64,000 bases of DNA from the NCBI GenBank assembly GCA_031323845.1, contig JAVIYP010000001.1, positions 26,748 to 90,747 of the forward strand. Direction: 5' to 3'. The notes under the pieces are model-generated. The model saw nothing but the letters and a program-made list of their open reading frames with translations. It made no database searches and was not told the DNA's origin. This DNA comes from Bacteroidales bacterium. Its GTDB lineage: Bacteria > Bacteroidota > Bacteroidia > Bacteroidales > UBA7960. This document shows, piece by piece, positions 57,529-64,000 of the stretch (position 1 is the first letter of the stretch; each line of letters begins with the position of its first letter). Position numbers and translations under genes: made by a program.

Positions 57529-59112
57529 TCACTTCTTGCGTCCGGTCTCTATGGATTCGTGAAGTTTGCGTTCTATTTCATCAAGCTCTTCTTCGAAAAA
57601 ATGCCGGTCTGAACCATAAGGCTTAAGATGGGCAATGGTGTTTTCGGTTTCATCATATTTGGCCAGGTAAACCTTATCCATCCACTCCATATTGCGGGCT
57701 TCGTTGAATTTGAGGGCAAACAGTTTCTCTCCGTGCAGTTCCAGTGTACCCAGCAAGGATATCTTGCCTGCAGAGGCGGTCATGGTAATGTATCGGGAAG
57801 GACGGTTAATGGAGGCCAGGCTGCGGTATACCTTGCTGAACACCTGGTCGATTTTTGCCAGCGGCTGGGTGAAATAATGATGTTCACCGGTTGGCCGGGC
57901 GCAGTACATCGAATGGAAACCAACACCCAGCATCGCAAACAGATTACCAAGATCAATCCAGTTCTCTGCCGAGCGGTCAACGTCAACCTCACCGTTTTCG
58001 TCCTGGAACAGGCTGATATGATTCATGATCGGACTTTGGCTTTTAACGGTGACACCGTTGGCTTTCAACCGTCGGATGGCAGCAATGGTACTGGGATTCA
58101 TCACCTCACGCGGCGTGGAAAAATGCGACATGAAAGCGAGCTGGATACCGTTGTTGTAAAGCTTTCTGAACAAGGCCAGCATGGGATCATATTCCCTGGA
58201 GATCACCATTTCGGGATTGTAGGTAAGCACCCGGGTGCCTAAACGAACCGTCTTAATGTGCATCAGCTCCGGATCTTCGATGATGGGCATTATGTATTCC
58301 TCAAAGCGCTCAGGCTTAAGGAAGCCGGCATCGCCTCCCGTGATCAGCACATCGGTGATCTCCTTGTGCTGTTTCATGTATTCATGAACCTGGTGAACAT
58401 CTTTCTGGATAAACATATCCTCGTCGCCACGTACCTGGGCATGCCTGAAACAGTAATTACAGAAAGCAAAGCAATTCTGGGTCTGAACATCAAAGATCAA
58501 CTGGCACTGAGGGTATTTGTGCTGGCTGCCTTCAACAACTTCAAGCGTTCCCTCTGAGTTGACAAAAGTAGGCTTGTTGAGCATCTGTTTCCCGTCGTGC
58601 GGATTGGTTTCCCTGATGTAGTCCCTGATTATCCTGTCTTTTTCCTCTTCCGTTTCAGCTGCCAGGAAAGCCTTGGTAATGTCGGGTCGGATCATGCCGG
58701 GCTGCGGAAATACAAGCTGAAACACAGAATCCTTCTCAAAGTCTGACCAGTTGATGGTATTCAGCACATGCTTCGTGGCCATGAAACGATACACCCGGAT
58801 GAATAATTCCCGCTCTTCCAGGTGTCCGATTTGTATCCCGTTTTTCTCAAGTATTCCTGTTATTTCCCTGAATCCTTTAAGCCCTGAATACTGTTTTTTG
58901 TCGTTGAATAGAAAATCCGCTTCTTCTTTCAACCCTGAATATTGCGGGTAAGCGGCATGAAGACGCTCCAAAAGCCCGGGCGGCAACAGGTCTTCTTCTT
59001 CAATAATTGAAATGGTGTCGTTTGAATAATGAAAACGAAACATCATGTCAGCCAGATCTTTCTTGCTGAATGGTACTTTTTTGAAAGGAGGAATTTTTAA
59101 TGGTGAAGTCAT
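57529..59112 (-). CDS. KamA-family radical-SAM/PLP aminomutase-like protein (atypically long)
   Basis: 527 aa. HKYPQCQLIFDVQTQNCFAFCNYCFRH carries CxxxCxxC at residues 214-221 (58450-58473). MYCARPTGEHHYF...TASAGK aligns by eye with the KamA C-terminal region that carries the PLP lysine (GGGGK). Confidence 0.85.
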   Translation of the reverse strand: MTSPLKIPPFKKVPFSKKDLADMMFRFHYSNDTISIIEEEDLLPPGLLERLHAAYPQYSGLKEEADFLFNDKKQYSGLKGFREITGILEKNGIQIGHLEERELFIRVYRFMATKHVLNTINWSDFEKDSVFQLVFPQPGMIRPDITKAFLAAETEEEKDRIIRDYIRETNPHDGKQMLNKPTFVNSEGTLEVVEGSQHKYPQCQLIFDVQTQNCFAFCNYCFRHAQVRGDEDMFIQKDVHQVHEYMKQHKEITDVLITGGDAGFLKPERFEEYIMPIIEDPELMHIKTVRLGTRVLTYNPEMVISREYDPMLALFRKLYNNGIQLAFMSHFSTPREVMNPSTIAAIRRLKANGVTVKSQSPIMNHISLFQDENGEVDVDRSAENWIDLGNLFAMLGVGFHSMYCARPTGEHHYFTQPLAKIDQVFSKVYRSLASINRPSRYITMTASAGKISLLGTLELHGEKLFALKFNEARNMEWMDKVYLAKYDETENTIAHLKPYGSDRHFFEEELDEIERKLHESIETGRKK

Positions 59113-59206
59113 TATGTTGGTGTTTAAGATAGGGTGATGTTAATTATGATGATTGTTTAAATGCTTGCTGTAAACTCAGGGCTAAACCCATGTTGTGAAT
59201 GTGCCG

Positions 59207-59214
59207 CAAATTTA
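59207..59214 (-). promoter_or_regulatory. Bacteroidota-type -7 promoter box (TAnnTTTG) upstream of the KamA-like operon
   Basis: The plus strand reads CAAATTTA, which is TAAATTTG on the minus strand. It lies 94 nt upstream of the start at 59112. Confidence 0.3.
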
Positions 59215-59346
59215 AACAATATGCCTTATAAAGCAAAGGAAAAACAAAGAATATAGCTTAATGAAAAAAGCAGGTTAACTGAACGCCTTTTTCCGGATTT
59301 CCAGATGGTGTTGTGTTTAGACGGGAGGCTGCTTGCCGGGTCGGGT

Positions 59347-60669
59347 TTACAAGTATTTGAGCAGTTTTTCCATGCTGATCCCCCTGGAGCCCTTTACCAG
59401 TATGTTGTGGTCCTTTAAGGGGTTGTGCCTGAGCCATTCACCGGCCTGACCAACATCATCGAACACCCGGACGTTGTCTGCAGCCTGGCAAACTCCGGAA
59501 AAGTGTTTGCCGACAAAGAGTCTGAACTGGAATGAAAAGTCCTCTGTCAGCCGCATGATCTTACGGTGTTCATGCTCTGCGTCCTTTCCCAGTTCCAGCA
59601 TATCGCCAAGCATCACCGCTTTGGGTTGCTCCTGAGAGCGGCTGAAGTTGGAAAGAGCCGCTTCCATACTGCTGGGATTTGCATTGTAGGCGTCAAGAAG
59701 CACCGTGTTGCTTGCTGTTTTGATGAATTGAGATCGGTTGTTGCGCGGCACATAGGCTTCAATCGCTTCAGTCAGGTCATCAGCAGGAACTCCGAAAAAA
59801 AGCCCAATCGTGATGGCCGCCATGATGTTTCCGAAATTATAGTCGCCTGTCAGTTGGCTTTTGATAGTTCCCGTGATCCCCGGTGCTGCTTTACCGAACT
59901 CTTTGTTGGTGCTGAAGGTGACTTCAACAAAGGGAAATGACGCTTTAATGCTTCCTGAACAACAAAAATTGCGGCTGCTGCCGAAGGTAACCGCCTTTTT
60001 CTCCTTCGAATAGTCTTTTAATCGCGGGTCATCGCCATTGACAAAGAGGTAACCCCGGGCTTTGATCACCGACTCAAAAAGCTCACCTTTTGCCTTTGCT
60101 ATGTTTTCGACGCTGCCAAAACCTTCGAGGTGGGCTTTGCCGATGTTGGTAATCAGGGCATGGGTGGGCATGGCCAGATCAGCCAGTGCCCCGATCTCGC
60201 CCACATGGTTGGCTCCCATCTCTATGACAGCCAGTTCTGTTGTTGTTTTGAGTGAGAGCAGTGTCAGCGGTACTCCGATATGGTTGTTCAGGTTACCCTC
60301 GGTGGCTTGTGAGGCAAACTTTTTTTCGAGCACAGCCTGGCAGAGCTCTTTGGTGGTGGTTTTGCCATTTGTGCCGGTAATGCCAAGCACGGGCATGTCC
60401 AGCATCCGCCGGTAGCTTTTGCTTAATTCCTGCAGGCACAGCAGCGCATCTTCAACAAGAAGGCATTCTTCTCCTGTATTATAAGAGGGATCGTCAATAA
60501 CGGCTAAGCGGCAGCCTTTACGTATTGCCTCTGCAGCATAGGCGTTGCCGTTAAAATTCTCTCCGCGCAGGGCAAAAAAAATACCGCCGGATACCAGCAT
60601 CCGGGTGTCGGTAAACACCCTGCTGCCTTTCAACACAAGCGGTAAAAGAAGTTCTGTGGCCTCTTTCAT
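59347..60669 (-). CDS. murF: UDP-N-acetylmuramoyl-tripeptide--D-alanyl-D-alanine ligase
   Basis: 440 aa with Mur-ligase P-loop GITGTNGKTTTKE and MurF-like N- and C-terminal domains. Confidence 0.9.
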   Translation of the reverse strand: MKEATELLLPLVLKGSRVFTDTRMLVSGGIFFALRGENFNGNAYAAEAIRKGCRLAVIDDPSYNTGEECLLVEDALLCLQELSKSYRRMLDMPVLGITGTNGKTTTKELCQAVLEKKFASQATEGNLNNHIGVPLTLLSLKTTTELAVIEMGANHVGEIGALADLAMPTHALITNIGKAHLEGFGSVENIAKAKGELFESVIKARGYLFVNGDDPRLKDYSKEKKAVTFGSSRNFCCSGSIKASFPFVEVTFSTNKEFGKAAPGITGTIKSQLTGDYNFGNIMAAITIGLFFGVPADDLTEAIEAYVPRNNRSQFIKTASNTVLLDAYNANPSSMEAALSNFSRSQEQPKAVMLGDMLELGKDAEHEHRKIMRLTEDFSFQFRLFVGKHFSGVCQAADNVRVFDDVGQAGEWLRHNPLKDHNILVKGSRGISMEKLLKYL

Positions 60670-60675
60670 GCAAGC

Positions 60676-62106
60676 TTAGGGCTTTTGGCCAAGATGATCC
60701 ATGACGCAGCGAAAACCAATGTCGTTGGTTGCCTTGTTCTGGTCAAGATGTCTCCTGGTGGCCGGCGACAACCAGTATGACCGGTCTTTCCAGCTTCCGC
60801 CCTTGTATACTCTTGACTGGTTGGTGATCAGTGTCAGACCTTCGGGATAAACAGACTGACCCATGGCTATGGCCGACATCTGATCGCCATCCCTGTAGTC
60901 AATAAAGTTCCCCTGCCTGTAATCTCTGGAATTCTGTTGCTCATTGTTATCAGCTTCTTCAAAGATGACTCTGCCTAAATCATCAAACAGAATGTTGCCG
61001 TTTTCATCCCTGGCTGCTGTTCTGAAAACATTGCCTCGAAACGGACGGAACTCCGCAACCTTTTCATGGGAGAGCGGTCTGTAAACGTCTTTAACCCATT
61101 CGTTTACGTTGCCTGCCATGTTGTAGAGGCCGTAATCGTTGGGCAGAAAGGATCTGACGTGCATGGTAAGCTCACCGCTTCGCTGGGAGGCGCCGGCAAT
61201 ACCGGTCAGGTCGCCGTACCCCCGCTGGAAGTTAGCCAAAAACTCACCTCTTGTCCTGCGTTCCGTGCTTCTCATATTGTTTCCGCTCCATGGATACGTC
61301 CTTCTCTCCGTTACATTATCACCTACAGTTTTACCAATAAGCCCCAGGGCGGCAAACTCCCATTCAGCTTCTGTAGGCAATCTGTAACGGGGCAGGAGCA
61401 AGCCGTCTTCCCAACGGGCCCTTTGTTGCTGGTCCTCTCTTACCAGTCCTTCGTAAGCACCGGCAAGATAAGCCTGTGTGGTGAAATAATTACCGGGTCT
61501 CTGATCATCGAGGTTCAGCTCAAGAAAGCCGTTTTGCACAAGGATCCATTCATTCACCCTGTCGGTTCGCCAGGCAGCAAAGTCGGATGCCTGTACCCAG
61601 CTAACACCAACCACCGGGTAATCGTCGTAAGCCGGATGACGTAAATAATTTTCAACAAAAGGTTCGTTGTATGCCAGCGGATCACGCCATACCAGAGTGT
61701 CCGGCAAAGCATTCAGATAAATATCAGGATGGGTTGTTCTAAACACTCTGCTCAGCCAATGTAAATACTCCCTGTATTCAAAATTGGTGATCTCGGTTTC
61801 ATCCATATAAAAAGAAGCTACACTGACGCGACGCGGAAGGTTGTTCCAATCGTACATGATATCCTCGTTAGTACGTCCCATTACAAAGGTACCCCCTTCA
61901 ATGAACACCATGCCGGGACCAGGGTCCTGGTGGCGGAGCTGCGTTCTCGTAAAAGTTCCCGTTCCTTCTTCTCCCAGGGTCCATCCCGTTGTTCGCGACA
62001 CCTCCTGTTGCTGAAACAGATTGCATGACGAAAGAAAAAACAAAGAGCCCAGAACAACAATGCTATAAGTCAGGCGGCTTATTGAAATCCTTATCATAAT
62101 CTTCAC
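60676..62106 (-). CDS. gldJ: Gliding-motility lipoprotein GldJ-like (FGE-sulfatase/SUMF1-fold)
   Basis: 476 aa with a lipoprotein signal (LFFLSSC). SUMF1-fold segments are FYMDETEITNFEY, RLPTEAEWEFAA and YNMAGNVNEWV...GGSW. The murF adjacency and nearby porU-like gene match the Flavobacterium gldJ locus as I recall it. Confidence 0.7.
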   Translation of the reverse strand: MKIMIRISISRLTYSIVVLGSLFFLSSCNLFQQQEVSRTTGWTLGEEGTGTFTRTQLRHQDPGPGMVFIEGGTFVMGRTNEDIMYDWNNLPRRVSVASFYMDETEITNFEYREYLHWLSRVFRTTHPDIYLNALPDTLVWRDPLAYNEPFVENYLRHPAYDDYPVVGVSWVQASDFAAWRTDRVNEWILVQNGFLELNLDDQRPGNYFTTQAYLAGAYEGLVREDQQQRARWEDGLLLPRYRLPTEAEWEFAALGLIGKTVGDNVTERRTYPWSGNNMRSTERRTRGEFLANFQRGYGDLTGIAGASQRSGELTMHVRSFLPNDYGLYNMAGNVNEWVKDVYRPLSHEKVAEFRPFRGNVFRTAARDENGNILFDDLGRVIFEEADNNEQQNSRDYRQGNFIDYRDGDQMSAIAMGQSVYPEGLTLITNQSRVYKGGSWKDRSYWLSPATRRHLDQNKATNDIGFRCVMDHLGQKP

Positions 62107-62132
62107 TTTTAATAATCAGGTCACAAAATTAA

Positions 62133-63134
62133 CTAAAAACCCGGATGATTTATTATCCGGCTGCCAATATTTCTTTGTGGACAATTAAAACGAAAAGCAA
62201 GACTTATTTCGTGTATCGAATGCATAACACCCGAAAAATCACCGGCCAGGTAATCATAACTGTAACCGATACGGTAATCGTCCAGGTTCAGGCCAAAGAG
62301 AAACACCAGGGTGTTCTGTGGTCCTGCACCTCCTGTTTCTATCCAGTGACGATACCACACTCCGAGCATCAGCGGCATCCTGCCTGTGTAAAAACCAAAG
62401 CTGGCATGTGCATGGTAATGACCCCCCTTGGTCAGATCGCCCTGCAGCTGAACAATAACATTGGGAGACAGATACCAGATGTTCCGGTCAAAACTTCGCT
62501 GAAAACGCCCTGAAGAGGCAGTGTAGTAACCCAGATGCATGGTATATTTCCTGTGCAATACTGAACCTCCCTCGTCGAACAGGCTTATGTCGGGTTCATG
62601 CAGGTGGTGCACCGAGAGGCCTCCATAAATGGTTTGAGAAAAAATGAGTACTCCGGCCGAAAAGTCCACTGCGCTTTTCCAGCTATGGTCAGGGGAGGGT
62701 TCAGAATCATCCGGAAAGTTGAACCTGTCCCATCGTGAGTAATGTCCGGTATACCCGGCCTGAACTCCAAAACTCATATCGGTTGTGGCGGTGAGCCTCA
62801 TATGGTATGCGTACATGACATTCAGGCTGTTGCGCATTATGTACATGTTGGCCTGATCAGAAGTAAGCTGAATGCCCACACCGCCCTGCAACGCTTCCAC
62901 GTAAGTGTCGTACGAGAAATTGGCAATGTAAAAATTATCAACCGACCTTAACAACCTTTGACTTAAAGCAACCCGGGAACATTTGGTTGAGCCTGCAAAG
63001 GCCGGGTTCAGATAAACCGGGGCCGCGTAAAACTGCGAAAAAACCGGGTCCATAGCCTGAATCCCGTTCAAATACCCTGAACAAAACAAAAAGGCAACAA
63101 AAACCGGTATGCATGCTTGCGGGCGAAACTTCAT
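62133..63134 (-). CDS. PorP/SprF-family type IX secretion system membrane protein
   Basis: 333 aa with a signal peptide followed by DPVFSQFYAAPVYLNPAFAG, the hallmark N-terminal motif of PorP/SprF beta-barrels. Confidence 0.8.
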   Translation of the reverse strand: MKFRPQACIPVFVAFLFCSGYLNGIQAMDPVFSQFYAAPVYLNPAFAGSTKCSRVALSQRLLRSVDNFYIANFSYDTYVEALQGGVGIQLTSDQANMYIMRNSLNVMYAYHMRLTATTDMSFGVQAGYTGHYSRWDRFNFPDDSEPSPDHSWKSAVDFSAGVLIFSQTIYGGLSVHHLHEPDISLFDEGGSVLHRKYTMHLGYYTASSGRFQRSFDRNIWYLSPNVIVQLQGDLTKGGHYHAHASFGFYTGRMPLMLGVWYRHWIETGGAGPQNTLVFLFGLNLDDYRIGYSYDYLAGDFSGVMHSIHEISLAFRFNCPQRNIGSRIINHPGF

Positions 63135-63501
63135 CTGATGATCGTTGACATTCGTTAGTAAAGTGTAAAACGCATTTTTTTGCCAAATACATATATCTGA
63201 CAGGGATTAATTGTTCCGGTTTTGATGTTGACCACCCTGATTTTTGACCATATTTGCTAAAATATCTGCTTTTAATTACCGTTTATAAAACAATGATTCC
63301 GGCATTAAGATATTGTTAGTCGCTGGCTTAACACCACAAAGAATCTCAGTAAAGAACTGTTATTCAGCAAAAGAGTATGATTATTCGTGTGCATGTGTTG
63401 CATGCACCCGACGATAAGAATTGTTGTATGCCGTATTCATCCATTGAACCCGGCAGGGTGTAATTTGTTATCTGTATAGTGTGTTCAATTCTTTCTTTTC
63501 C

Positions 63502-64000
63502 ATGAAGATAATTCAGGACAACGTGTTCATGTTTGTTTCCCTGGTGATCGTCTTGTTAATGTTTGGCGCACCTGATGTTCCGGCGCAAACTGTTTCAAAA
63601 CACCATATCTCATGGCATGCGCCACAGTTTCTGCCCGTTAACGAGGATGAATACATCGAGCTGCTCTATTTTGACAAAGCCACCTATAGTGATTCATTGC
63701 CTTCAATCCCGGTGTTCAGTGTGCGCAAAACACTGGATGTCCCTTTTTTCAACCTTAATTTCGCTATTTCTGAGAAAGTTTATGAACAGGCTGATGAGCA
63801 TGAAGATCAACTGTTGCGCGAAGCAGGTTTTGCTGACCAGGGCATCCGGATGCAAACGGCTCTGCAGAGCGTAAGAAAGCAAAGGTATGCGGTGCTCAGC
63901 TTTTATCCCTTTGTTTATGATCCTGGAAAGGACAGTTACAAAAAGCTCGTATCATTTACCCTGACTAACGAGTATGTCTATGATGCGGCTCTGAGCTATG
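63502..64000 (+). CDS. PorU-like (T9SS C-terminal signal peptidase/sortase, C25 family) N-terminal fragment; continues beyond the window
   Basis: My translation from ATG 63502 stays open to the window end: MKIIQDNVFMFVSLVIVLLMFGAPDVPAQTVSKHHISWHAPQFLPVNEDEYIELLYFDKATYSDSLPSIPVF...RYAVLSFYPFVYDPGKDSYKKLVSFTLTNEY. The call rests on this pattern plus synteny with gldJ and is tentative. Confidence 0.4.
   Translation, partial: MKIIQDNVFMFVSLVIVLLMFGAPDVPAQTVSKHHISWHAPQFLPVNEDEYIELLYFDKATYSDSLPSIPVFSVRKTLDVPFFNLNFAISEKVYEQADEHEDQLLREAGFADQGIRMQTALQSVRKQRYAVLSFYPFVYDPGKDSYKKLVSFTLTNEYVYDAALSY

Overview
The window reads as a densely coding chromosomal segment from a Bacteroidota-type genome. This is inferred from a SusC/RagA-type receptor, GldJ, PorP/SprF and PorU-like gliding/T9SS genes, and TAnnTTTG -7 boxes upstream of several genes. 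All protein calls rest on motifs I recognise in the supplied translations and on my own translation of the two edge-truncated ORFs; no database search was possible. Most of the content is housekeeping: kdsA, tsaC-like, xerD, hemW, gap, exbB-exbD-tonB-folC, glmM, mfd, fbp, cinA, murF. Two blocks stand out. (1) A 13.3-kb, 12-gene minus-strand respiratory operon (12477-25764) joins Alternative Complex III (actABCDEF) to SCO1, a caa3-type cytochrome c oxidase in the unusual order I-III-IV-II, and haem O synthase. Its ActA carries six rather than five CxxCH motifs. (2) A five-gene minus-strand operon (53464-59112) encodes an atypically long KamA-family radical-SAM aminomutase, 3-oxoacid CoA-transferase subunits A and B, a GSAM-like class-III aminotransferase and a PcaF/PaaJ-like thiolase. 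These four chemistries chain into a complete aminomutase-initiated beta-amino-acid degradation route. It is not the textbook lysine-fermentation pathway, and it is my best candidate for an undescribed system here. Smaller observations: an interspersed 8-bp tandem repeat block (CAGATGTG/CACATCTG family) present in two intergenic regions in opposite orientation; two long ORF-poor gaps; a divergent ROK regulator pair, one lacking the zinc motif; an SDR plus GNAT-nitrilase fusion pair; a YrbL-like kinase-fold ORF; and several convergent gene pairs with overlapping or abutting 3' ends. I saw no rRNA, tRNA, CRISPR array, IS element or prophage signature.
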